Source: Chrysomallon squamiferum (taxonomy: Eukaryota > Animalia > Mollusca). Taken from it: DNA of 64,000 nt. This document shows positions 13,336 to 25,400 of this stretch, in pieces (the stretch's first letter is position 1; the number at the start of each line of letters is the position of its first letter). The position numbers and the translations under genes were made by a program. The notes under the pieces were generated by a model. It saw nothing but the letters and a program-made list of their open reading frames with translations. It was not told where the DNA came from and searched no databases. The stretch lies in NCBI GenBank assembly GCA_012295275.1, contig CM022679.1, positions 1,240,001 through 1,304,000 on the forward strand, given 5' to 3'.

Positions 13336-13600
13336 ATAAAAGCATTCTTGCTGTTTTGTTTCTGATTTGACACTTTACTATTTTATAAAAAGTGATCTTG
13401 CTGTTTACTTTGTGTATTGACACTTTACTAGTTAATAAAAAGTGTTCTTACTGTTTATTTGTATTTTGACACTTTAATGGTTAACAAAAAGTGTTCTTGC
13501 TGTTTATTTGTGTTTTGACACTTTAATGGTTAACAAAAAGTAATCTTGCTGTTTAATATCTAACATTACATTTTGGGGTTTTATAAAAAGTAATCTTGGT
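13336..13600 (+). repeat. Degenerate ~49-50 bp tandem repeat (~6 units)
   Basis: Recurrent AwAAAAAGTrwTCTTGCTGTTT...TTGACACTTTA at ~13336, 13385, 13435, 13484, 13533, 13583. Confidence 0.8.
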
Positions 13601-15514
13601 TTTATGAAAAAGCACATGCAGAAATAAATTGATTTTAACAATTAAGTCTTTTTTTTTAATCAGCTTTGATTGTAAAAGTGATCTTTGAGCAAGAAACATG
13701 GTTTAGCTGTTTAACAAAGACATGAAATTACTGAGACCACAGTAACGTTGTGATGTAAAAGTGAGCTTGCTGCTTGCTGCTTGCTGTTTCCATTCTTACT
13801 GTTCATGTCTGTAATTGTGATTTCACTATTTATAACCTTCCATAATTTTTTTTTTTTTTTCCTTTTTTTATTTTTTCTTTAATGTTATTTTTTTATTATT
13901 ATTTTTATTATTTATTGATTTTCTGTTGTTTTAGATTTTTTCTTCCTTTTTTTATTTTTTATTTTCTTTTTATTTATTTATTTATTATTTATATTTATTT
14001 ATTGGTTCTTTTTACATATTTTTTATTTTCTTGGTCCAAAAAATAAATTTCTGGCATTAATCAAATTAATATCTTCCTCTTTCCTCAACTTACCATTTTT
14101 AATTTATTAATGTTTTTATTTCCATTTCATTTATTTGTTTTATTTTTTATTTTTTTCTTGTTTAACTCTTTTGTGCTTGCTTTTTTCCTGTTAGCCTGAA
14201 ATATGAAACTAGACTAAGTACTGATTTAAAATTATTATACATATTTTTTTATATACATAAAATTTTAAAAATTCGTAAATTTCTGCATTCAAAAAAAAAG
14301 TAAGCACAATAAATGGTTTCCTGTACTTTTAAGATTTTACCCAGTAGCCGATATGATGTGGTATTGTTCAACATTCAATTAAGATCTTGCACATGTTCAT
14401 GTCTGATATCAAAGTTTAGGGAATAAAATTAGAGTTTGGAAATTAGACACTATCAAAGTTTAGATGATGAAATCAGAGTGCAGAAAGGTTGTTCAGAAGT
14501 TAGAAACTGAAGCAGGAGATTATTTTATTCACACTATTGGAATTTATTACAGAAAAAAAGAAAAGAAAAGAGAAGAGTTACAGAAAAATATCTGTTTATA
14601 GAACAAAAACTTTGAAAAGTGTGTATGTGTGTATGTATTTTCATATATCTGTATGTGTATTTATGTGTCTATTTTTGTGTGTGTGTGTGTGTGTGTGACT
14701 GTGTTTTATCATACTAATTTTAAATCAAAATTATATATTCAGCAACATCAGTGATCTGTATTTGTTTTACAATATAGTCTATACACCTGTGTTATTATTA
14801 ATGTTAATACCTGTGTTATTATCACTAAGAGTTCACTCTGAAGTTTCCCCTGAAACATCACTGTAGTTGTTGATGTGAGAGAAGATAAAATAGTTCATCA
14901 GCTGCAGATATTCAAGTCTGGGATGTCATTAAAACACTGTAAAGACAAAATCGTGGTTTTACTGTACTCTGTGGCTAAATTTGATTTAAAACAAAGTGTG
15001 ATATAATTCAATATTACGCACACATGTAGGTGAGATAACAAGTTTACTGGGTGTAAAACTTTTAGTGTGACGCAAAAAACTCTTTTACTTCATTAACAAT
15101 GGGTTTTTTTGTTTCTTTTTTATCTCCCTGCATTTCTCTAAAACATTTAACCTTTTTATCTCTCTGTCCATTTGTCTAAACGTCCATCCAACATCTACAT
15201 TTTTTTCTTTCTTGCTTACTTTTTCTTTTCTTTGTCCTTTTCTTCTTTCTCTCTCTCTTTTTTTTTCTTTTTCTTCGTTTCTTTTTCTGGTTCTACAAGA
15301 ATAACAGATAATGTGTTCATCAGAAAACAAAATTTCAGATATGTATCCATATTTAGAACACTGTTTTCAGGATTGGAACTGAGAATTGTTTTTTTTTAAT
15401 CTGTGACATGTTGAGCATAGCAGACTGATATTTTGTTCATGGTTTAGAAATTTTTGATGATCTGTATGAAAAATCTGGTACAGTTCCTTTTGTTATTTCC
15501 CAATCTACATCTTA

Positions 15515-15685
15515 AAGAAATGTGAGTTGTGGGTACAATCCTCTTCTTTGTAATGTTTTGTCTGTTTCCCAATCCAACCACTTCTCTCTGACTTATGTAT
15601 CAAAGTTTGTGGTGTAAAATCTTACTTGATTGTGACTGTTGATGGTAACTTGTGATGAAGGCAGGTTTCTTCTTTCATATCAAAA
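15515..15685 (+). mobile_element. Heavily degraded SINE fragment
   Basis: TTTCCCAATCCAACCACTTCTCTCTGACTTATGTATCAAAG..GCAGGTTTCTTCTTTCATAT parallels the 32870 copy. Confidence 0.4.
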
Positions 15686-16386
15686 CAGTACAAGCTGATA
15701 TCATTCATTTATTATTAATGTTAGCATGACTTAAGATCAACTCAGAAAACTTATTTTTTTATATTTAAACAGTTTATGTAGATGTAATTTTGTGTGTAAC
15801 TCTTTTTCTAACACAATTCATTTTAGCTAAATTATTTATTCCAAGGTCAAAGAATACTTAAAAAATGAAAATTAAATTTGTTTCTGTTTTTCTCGTACAT
15901 TAAAAAACAGAAAAAAAAAAAAAAATTTAAAAAAGCTTGCCATTAAATATACAAAAACCTGTCTATTTTTGTAAGCTCTGAGGTCAGGAAGAAACAAAAA
16001 AAAAAAATCAATTAAAAGTTTTCAATTTGCCAAGTTCTCCGTCACACAATGGTTTGTTTGTTAAGTGAGGTTTTAACTTCATTAAGCAGTGATGAACTCT
16101 GGGAAGGTTTTGTCTGTTATTTTTAGCTGGATTATAAATTATGTACTGCAGAGCTAATATTAACAATTTAATTGTGAACGTGTGTGAAGAAAATCTGAGA
16201 ATATTGATGTTTCTGAAACGACGTTGTTAATAGATAAAGTTTCTACTCATCTCTTCAGTCAGTGAACTAACAAAATGTTAAAATGTTTTACCTCAATCTC
16301 TCTTTTGTTTCCTCTTTCTCTGTCGTTCTCTCTTTCTCTCTTTGTCTCTTTCTGTCTCTTTCTATTTTTTCTCTATTCCTCTGTCT

Positions 16387-16457
<71 letters not shown>

Positions 16458-17439
16458 CCCCCTCTCTCTCTCCACCCCCCTCTCTCTCTCTATTAAACTA
16501 CTTATCTACCTATCTTCTTTCCACTCTTTTCATGTTTTCACTTTTTCACTCTTTCCATTACTACTACTAAATACTAATAAGTACAACAAGTCCACATTTC
16601 TCCACACATCCACTACACAGCACTCAGTTCTGCACTGTAGCTCTATCTCTCTGTTGTCTGTTTATCTGTCAGTCAGTAATTGCATGCTGAGAAGCACTTG
16701 AACATGCTATGATAGGTTCAGCGAGTACAGAAATTATTACAGGTTTGTTACATACTTGAGACTAGTTGGATGGAAAAACAGTATCAAAGCCATGTTTGTC
16801 GTCTGCTACTTACAACTTCTGTAATCATCCATGAGTTAATTAAATGTAAATATAAATATGGGTCAGGGTTAAAGCTTTTTTCTTGTTTTTAATAATTAAT
16901 AATAAATACTCACTGAAAATTGTTTTTAAAGATTTATGTAATTTGTTTATTAAACATTTAATTACTGTTTTAACTTTAAGATAATATTGTTATTATAGTA
17001 GGCTACTAATGTTAATGCAACATCTATCTCTACCACTACTACAGCTACTATTATAGTTCTACTACTACCACTACAGTACTATTATTATTCCTACTATAAC
17101 TACTATCAACTATACCACTATTACTACTTCTACTATTATACTTTAATTATTGATACCTCTACTCCTTCTACTGTTAATAATAATAATAATAGTAATAATA
17201 ACACAGACAGTCATAAACATTTTGTTTTTTAAAACCCACAGAAAACTCGGATATTAGACTTGTTTTTACTGCCAATTCTCAGACTTGTTACAAAACATTC
17301 CCATCATGCCTCTGTCTGACTCCATTAAACCTGCTAACACTCATTAATTGAAGATGGATGAAGAGTAATTAACACGATTACATGATGTACACTTATGTTA
17401 AAATTCTTCTGCAAAAACAACATATGGTGTTTAAAAGAA

Positions 17440-17775
17440 TGCATGGAATTCTGGGTAATGCTGCTCTGTAACAGATGGATTGTAACTGCATTGGGAATTA
17501 TGGGTAAAATTGTACCGAGACTAAATATTGCAGAAATAGCTTGAATTGTGGGTAAATGTATTGAAATAAACAATTTTATGAAAACTGAAATTTTATGGGA
17601 AGATAATGTAAGAGAGCTTGGAATTATGGGTAAAAAGTTTAGCAAGAAAAGTATTGTGAAAATTTAGGACTGCATGCTATAATGAGACAAATAATGCAGG
17701 AATGGTTGGAATTATGGGTAAAGTCATATGAAGAAAAGTATTTTCTGAGAGCTAGGAATTCTGGGTAAAGTTGTA
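17440..17775 (+). repeat. Old degenerate ~48-bp minisatellite with conserved GGAATTaTGGGTAAA core
   Basis: Core at ~17446, 17494, 17542, 17590, 17620, 17708, 17755. Confidence 0.7.
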
Positions 17776-19447
17776 GTCTAAGAGCTATTTTAAAAGTGAG
17801 GGATTTATTGGTACATTTATACAGAGACAACCTTGAAAGAAAAATGAGTTTTCCAAATCTGCCTGCTTACCTGTTAATTACAGGGGATATAGGTAAAATT
17901 ACCTGAAATATTTACCTGACGCTAATGTGTTAGTTTAGTATGTACCTGAAACTGTGTTTTAAATGTTACCTGTATTCTGAAGTGAGTAGTTTTATTGGTT
18001 GTGTGTTCAGAGTTTAGATTTTACCTGAAAGTAAAGACAGGTTTTGATACACCTCGTTAGCTTCAGTTAAACCCAGTGAAGGTTTACCTTGATATTTTCT
18101 TAGTAGTAATTAAATCTTCATACAGATAATGACAGATTTAATGGTGTTTACATTACCTTGATCCAAATGTACAGATTTTCTTTCTTTCTTATTTTGTATT
18201 TTTATTCTTATTCTTATTTTTATTTTATTTAATTATCTTATTATAATTATAATTATTATTATTATTATTATTATATATTTTAAATAATATAAGAAACTAA
18301 ATAATAATATATACACATGTAAACTTTTTAAAATTTATGAAATTTATTATTATCTATAACTGCTATTTTCTTTGTGTTGTGCTAAAAATAAATACATTAA
18401 ATGTGATTCACATCACAAAATAATTGACATACAACAAATATTTGAATAACTGAAAAAGATAAACAAACATGAGTGGTGGTAGAACAGATGCATGTTAAAA
18501 GTGACAAACTGAGAGATTTGTCAAAGGATGACATTTTAAATGTAACTAGGAACACAGCAGTGATGGTTTTACAGGGTAGTGTTAGTAGAAACCTCTCTAG
18601 TACCTGTTCTTCACATACATACATACATACATACATACATACATACATACATACATACATACCTACCTACCTACCTACCTACCTACCTACCTACCTACAT
18701 ACATACATACATACATACATACACACACACATACACACACACACACACACACATATACATACATGCACACACACACATACACACACATACATACATACAT
18801 ACATACATACACACATACATACATATTGAAATATTTACATACATACATATGCATAGATATACATACAGATACAGGTACTCACAGACACACAGACAGACAT
18901 TCAGAGTAAATACCGGCTCTATACTAACATCCTCCAATGATCCTACAATTAACTATGATAATTTTTTTTATAATTCTTGGATCTGAATATTTTCATGAAA
19001 ATTATTTTATTATATAATCTGTCCACTTGAAACATCAACACTCTTTTGTTTATTTATTTTATTTTATTTATTTTTATTTTATTTTATTCTCATAATCGTA
19101 ACTGACTATCTGAACTCTTCTTTGCCAAATTTTCTAATCAAACGAGACTATTGCATGCAGAATAAAATTGATCTCTGCATTGTTTTCCCCGACAGGAGAG
19201 GTTTATCGGCAGGCTGACCTCACAAGTAATGTGTTTTAAAATATTTTAGTTAACTCAGACACGAAGATCCATTTTATGAAGACAGGACTTTCTAAATTTA
19301 GACTCCTCAGTTTACAAACAAAACACAAAGAAAAATAAAACATTTATTTTTAGTCCCGTATAATGGCGTAAACAGTTTCAGTCTGTTACAGGTTGAGATT
19401 AAGAAGATGTAGTTGATTTAGTTTTCAAATACCAGAGTTGAAAATGT

Positions 19448-20188
19448 AATGTTTAAATCATGTTCATACAGAGATCTAATGTTTAAATCATGTTCATACA
19501 TAGATTTAATGTTTAAATTGTGTTCATACATAGATTTAATGTTTAAATCATGTTCGTACAGAGATTTAGTGTTTAAATCATGTTTGTACAGAGATTTAGT
19601 GTTTAAATCATGTTTGTACAGAGATTTAGTGCTTAAATTGTGTTCATACATAGATTTAATGTTTAAATCATGTTTGTACAGAGATCTAATGTTTAAATCA
19701 TGTTCGTACAGAGATTTAGTGTTTAAATCATGTTTGTACAGAGATTTAGTGTTTAAATCATGTTCATACAGAGATTTAGTGCTTAAATTGTGTTCATACA
19801 TAGATTTAATGTTTAAATCATGTTTGTACAGAGATCTAATGTTTAAATCATGTTCGTACAGAGATCTAATGTTTAAATCATGTTCATATATAGATTTAGT
19901 GTTTAAATCATGTTCGTACAGAGATTTAGTGTTTAAATCATGTTTGTACAGAGATTTAGTGTTTAAATTGTGTTCATACAGAGATTTAGTGTTTAAATCA
20001 TGTTCGTACAGAGATTTAGTGTTTAAATCATGTTTGTACAGAGATTTAGTGTTTAAATCATGTTCGTACAGAGATTTAGTGCTTAAATTGTGTTCATACA
20101 GAGATCTAATGTTTAAATCATGTTCATACAGAAATTTAACATTTAAATTGTGTTCATACAGAGATTTAATGTTTGAATCATGTTCATG
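19448..20188 (+). repeat. 30-bp minisatellite, ~24-25 copies
   Basis: Unit rTGTTTAAATCATGTTyrTACAGAGATyTA with a few shared variants; perfect 30-bp register. Confidence 0.97.
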
Positions 20189-21225
20189 CTATTTGTAGTG
20201 TTGTGATATTTAGAAATTTGTGTTACAATTAGATCAAAATATTTGTTATCATCTGAAAAACATAATTTATAGACATATTTACATTGTGTATTTGTTATAA
20301 ATAAATACATTTAAATATGCAAGAAGAGGCAGCTATATAGACATACAAACATACAGACTTACATATGTAAATATGTATGTACAATGCACAGAGAGACACA
20401 GATAAACATACATATGCACACATTTCAAGAAATGGTCTGTGTAGAGTTTTTGCTAAACTAAAGGTTCAGGAAATAAGATTGATCTGATATTTGTTCTACT
20501 GATTTGTTTGAATTGGTGATTGGAGCAACAAGTCTACTTCCTGACAGCTCAGTTAAATTTCTGACAAAAGTACAAATAAAAATCAAACTTTCTGCTTCGA
20601 GGAATTACACTCACAAAATCATGACAGCAAGTCACATACAATTTACTAACGCATCACCATGGAAACAATCAATTTTTGCTCTGCGCAATTTGTTTTTATC
20701 TTGAAAATTGTGTGTAATAAATCCAGTTGATTTTAGGTCGAAGATTAGATGAATCAAAAATATTTGTTATTTTTTATTTTTTTTGTGATATTACTCTTGT
20801 TTGACATTTTAGTTGTGTTTTTTTTGGTTGTAGGGGAAGAAGCAGAAATTATTCTTTTCACTTAACAACAAGATTTCTTTTATTTGAATATTCCTTTAGT
20901 GTCTTTGATATATAATATCTCACATAGAGCAAAATGTATGTAGTTGAGGTCTTCTAATCATGTACCTCTGGTTTGAATGGGAAATATAAGTAAGCAGAAT
21001 TGATCCTACAACCCACTGTTTGTCAGCTGAGTGTTCTGTCACAGGCAGGTTTATGTTACTTATTATATACAGCTGATATAATAAATTAGAAATCTAATTA
21101 TTAATGTTTTAGTTGAAGTAAATGCCCTGTAAATTATGTTACATTTGTAAACTAGTGTGTTTTAATTGTGTCTAAAATATTTAAATAACTGTTGTTATTG
21201 TTAGTATGAAAAATAATTTAATACA

Positions 21226-21425
21226 ATAGTAAGTAAAATAGTTTAATATACTAGTAAGTATAATAGTTTAATACACTAGTAAGTAAAATAGTTTAATATA
21301 CTAGTAAGTAAAATAGTTTAATAAATTAGTAAGTAAAATAATTTAATATACTAGTAAGTAAAATAGTTTAATATACTAGTAAGTAAAATAGTTTAATAGA
21401 CTAGTAAGTAAAATAGTTTAATAGA
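21226..21425 (+). repeat. 25-bp tandem repeat x8, each unit with GTAAGT
   Basis: Unit CTAGTAAGTAAAATAGTTTAATATA at 21226, 21251 ... 21401. Confidence 0.95.
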
Positions 21426-22024
21426 CTGCAGTGACCTGTTAAGATATGTTTAAATGAAATCAAGACTAAACATGTTACCTGTGTTAGGATTTTATCTTCA
21501 CTCACCTATGAAAGGTAAATACAGGTATAAAAATGTATTTATTTATCTCTATTTTTTTTTATGCTTTTATTTATTTTTTATTTTTTTTTATTTGTTATAT
21601 TAACATAGCTATAAATTTTCTTTGGCATTCTCTGAATTTTATTCTTGTAATTATTTTTTGATTTATTTTTTATTTTGTTAATCAATTAATTATTTTATTA
21701 ATTTTACTATTATTATTTTTTTTCATTTAATTAATTTATTTATTGCTATTGTTGTTGTTATTGTTGTTGCTGTTATTATTCACAGTAGTAGTAGTAATCA
21801 TAGTAGTAGTATTAGTAGTAATACAATAATTATTATTAAAATCAATGTTATCACCACAAACAGTTTTATATTTTTTTCATTGACAACCAACGATGACAAC
21901 AACAACTACTACTACTATTATTATTATTATTATTATTATTCACAGTAGTAGTAGTAAAATAATAGTAGTAGCAGTAATACTACTATTATTGACAGACAAG
22001 TAACAGGTGAACTGTTTGTTTCAG

Positions 22025-22143
22025 GCTGTGCATGGAACCTGGAGACTGACAAGGAAGTGACAAACATGGTGATGTCAGAAAGTGACGAACCAATCACTAT
22101 CAAAGTGACACCCCAGCTGTACTACACCACACCTCCTAGAACA
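22025..22143 (+). CDS. ANKFN1: ANKFN1-like exon (GCAWNLETDKEVTNMVMSESDEPITIKVTPQLYYTTPPRT)
   Basis: tgtttgtttcag| acceptor, ACA|GTGAGT donor, phase 1-0, open frame. Confidence 0.8.
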
Positions 22144-23923
22144 GTGAGTGTGTTTTTATATCTGTCTGTCTGTCTGTCTGTCTGTGTGTGTGTATATCAA
22201 AGTGACATCCCAGCTGTACTACACCACACCTCCTAGAACAGTGAGTGTGTTTTTATATCTGTCTGTCTGTCTGTGTGTGTGTCTGTCTGTCTGTTTGTGT
22301 GTATGTCTGTGTGTGTCTGTCTGAGTGTGTATATCAAAGTGACACCCCAGCTGTACTACACCACACCTCCTAGAACAGTGAGTGTGTTTTTATATCTGTC
22401 TGTCTGTCTGTCTGTCTGTGTGTGTGTATATCAAAGTGACACCCCAGCTGTACTACACCACGCCTCCTAGAACAGTGAGTGTGTTTTTATATCTGTCTGT
22501 CTGTCTGTGTGTCTGTCTGTGTGTGTATATCAAAGTGACACCCCAGCTGTACTACACCACGCCTCCTAGAACAGTGAGTGTGTTTTTATATCTGTCTGTC
22601 TGTCTGTCTGTGTGTATATGTCTGTGTGTCTGTGTATGTATGTCAAAGTGACACCCCAGCTGTACTACACCACGCCTCCTAGAACAGTGAGTGTGTTTTT
22701 ATATCTGTCTGTCTGTCTGTCTGTCTGTGTGTGTATATCAAAGTGACACCCCAGCTGTACTACACCACACCTCCTAGAACAGTGAGTGTGTTTTTATATC
22801 TGTCTGTCTGTCTGTCTGTGTGTGTGTATATCAAAGTGACACCCCAGCTGTACTACACCACACCTCCTAGAACAGTGAGTGTGTTTTTATATCTGTCTGT
22901 CTGTCTGTCTGTGTGTGTATATCAAAGTGACACCCCAGCTGTACTACACCACACCTCCTAGAACAGTGAGTGTGTTTTTATATCTGTCTGTCTGTCTGTC
23001 TGTGTGTGTGTATATCAAAGTGACACCCCAGCTGTACTACACCACGCCTCCTAGAACAGTGAGTGTGTTTTTATATCTGTCTGTCTGTCTGTGTGTGTAT
23101 ATCAAAGTGACACCCCAGCTGTACTACACCACACCTCCTAGAACAGTGAGTGTGTTTTTATATCTGTCTGTCTGTCTGTGTGTCTGTCTGTCTGTCTGTC
23201 TGTCTGTGTGTGTGTGTATATCAAAGTGACACCCCAGCTGTACTACACCACACCTCCTAGAACAGTGAGTGTGTTTTTATATCTGTCTGTCTGTCTGTCT
23301 GTGTGTATATGTCTGTGTGTCTGTGTATGTATGTCAAAGTGACACCCCAGCTGTACTACACCACACCTCCTAGAACAGTGAGTGTGTTTTTATATCTGTC
23401 TGTCTGTGTGTCTGTCTGTGTATATCAAAGTGACACCCCAGCTGTACTACACCACACCTCCTAGAACAGTGAGTGTGTTTTTATATCTGTCTGTCTGTCT
23501 GTCTGTGTGTATATGTCTGTGTGTCTGTGTATGTATGTCAAAGTGACACCCCAGCTGTACTACACCACACCTCCTAGAACAGTGTGTTTTTATATCTGTC
23601 TGTCTGTCTGTGTGTGTGTCTGTCTGTGTGTGTATATCAAAGTGACACCCCAGCTGTACTACACCACGCCTCCTAGAACAGTGAGTGTGTTTTTATATCT
23701 GTCTGTGTGTATGTCTGTCTGTCTGTGTGTCTGTCTGTCTGTGTGTGTATGTCAAAGTGACACCCCAGCTGTACTACACCACACCTCCTAGAACAGTGTG
23801 TTTTTATATCTGTCTGTGTGTATGTCTGTCTGTCTGTCTGTCTGTCTGTGTGTGTGTGTATGTCAAAGTGACACCCCATCTGTACTACACCACGCCTCCT
23901 AGAACAGTGAGTGTGTTTTTATA

Positions 23924-23956
<33 letters not shown>

Positions 23957-24200
23957 GTGTGTATGTCTCTCTGTCTGTCTGTGTGTGTGTGTGTGTATGT
24001 CAAAGTGACACCCCAGCTGTACTACACCACACCTCCTAGAACAGTGAGTGTGTTTTTATATCTGTCTGTCTGTCTGTCTGTGTGTATATGTCTGTGTGTC
24101 TGTGTGTGTATGTCAAAGTGACACCCCAGCTGTACTACACCACGCCTCCTAGAACAGTGAGTGTGTTTTTATATCTGTCTGTCTGTCTGTCTGTCTGTCT
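22099..24200 (+). repeat. Array of 20 copies of the last 45 nt of exon 22025-22143 + donor + (TCTG)n(TG)n spacer
   Basis: ATCAAAGTGACACCCCAGCTGTACTACACCACrCCTCCTAGAACA|GTGAGTGTGTTTTTATATCTG counted 20 times; copy 1 is the real exon end. Confidence 0.97.
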
Positions 24201-25031
24201 GTTGTATGTGTGTGTATCTGAGCATATGTGTATATATTTTAAAATCATTTTTTATTTACTTACTTGTTCATTTATTCAGGTAATCAGTCTGTCATTCGTT
24301 TTTAAAATATTACTAATGTTACAGAAATGAAAAAGATATTAATGATAACAATTTAAAAGCAGATATATCTTACAAATTAGATTTCTTTTTTTTATTTTAT
24401 CACATTTTTTACAAGAATTACTAAAAAAAATAATAATAATTATATTTAAAAAAAGAACTGTGTAATTTCTTCCACAAGGCAAAATTATAGATTTGTCAAT
24501 TTTCTTTCACTGATAATTTATTTTTTAATAATAATTTTATTATTTTCACAAAGCAATCTGGTCTTACAAATTAACCAAATTATTTATTAAAATATTTATT
24601 TTATAGTGACATTTATTAACTAAATTATTTGTTACACAAAAAGTAATTCAGAAAGTTTTCTTTTATAAAGTTATAAATTTAGAAATATTTTTTTATAACT
24701 CAAATATGCTGTTAGGGAGAAATTCAGTGTGTCTGGCATTTTTTGAAAAACTAGGGTAGTTCCACCATATCAGAAAAGGGGTGGACACAATAATTTCTGT
24801 GTATCTGAGATATTTACGAAATATTAACACTGACAGATCCAATACAGCAAAACAGATCTCTACACATCTTCCTGTTTACAAAGTATTTCTAAAGATAGAC
24901 AAAAACATCAGAAAATGGGTTCTCAGTAATAAAGGTTCCATGATAAATATGTTTTATTTGTAAAAAGAAAAAAAAAAGTCGTACAAAAAAGGTTGGAGGG
25001 GGTTTCCTGCCTGGTGCCTCCCCTCCATTTT

Positions 25032-25400
25032 TACCTGTGATTTATTACGATAATTACCTGTGATTTATTACGATAATTACCTGTAATTTATTACAATAAT
25101 TACATGTAATGTTTGACGTTAGTCACGAACATGTAAACAAAAAGGTTATCTGTAACAATGATAGGCAAACAGTAAAGTCAAACAGTAAAGTCAAACACTT
25201 TTCAATAAGTGAAAAGAAATCAGGAACAGTACGAGAACTTGTTAATATATGTAAAATAAAAAAATAAATTACTCAAAATACGAGAACTTGTTAATATATA
25301 TAAAATAGAAAAAGAAATTACTCAAAATACGAGAACTTGTTAATATATGTAAAATAGAAAAAGAAATTACTAAAAATATGAGAACCTATTTATATACGAA
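25032..25400 (+). repeat. Two short minisatellites: 23-bp x3 (TTACCTGTGATTTATTACGATAA, ~25032-25105) and 49-bp x3.5 (~25230-25400)
   Basis: Direct reading of the repeats. Confidence 0.85.

Noticed and set aside
22099-24200. CRISPR-like constant repeat + variable spacer pattern (also 4667-5480, 61584-63260, 17440-17775)
   Set aside because: Spacers are simple microsatellites or decayed units rather than unique sequences, two of the repeats derive from host exons, no cas genes, eukaryotic intron context.
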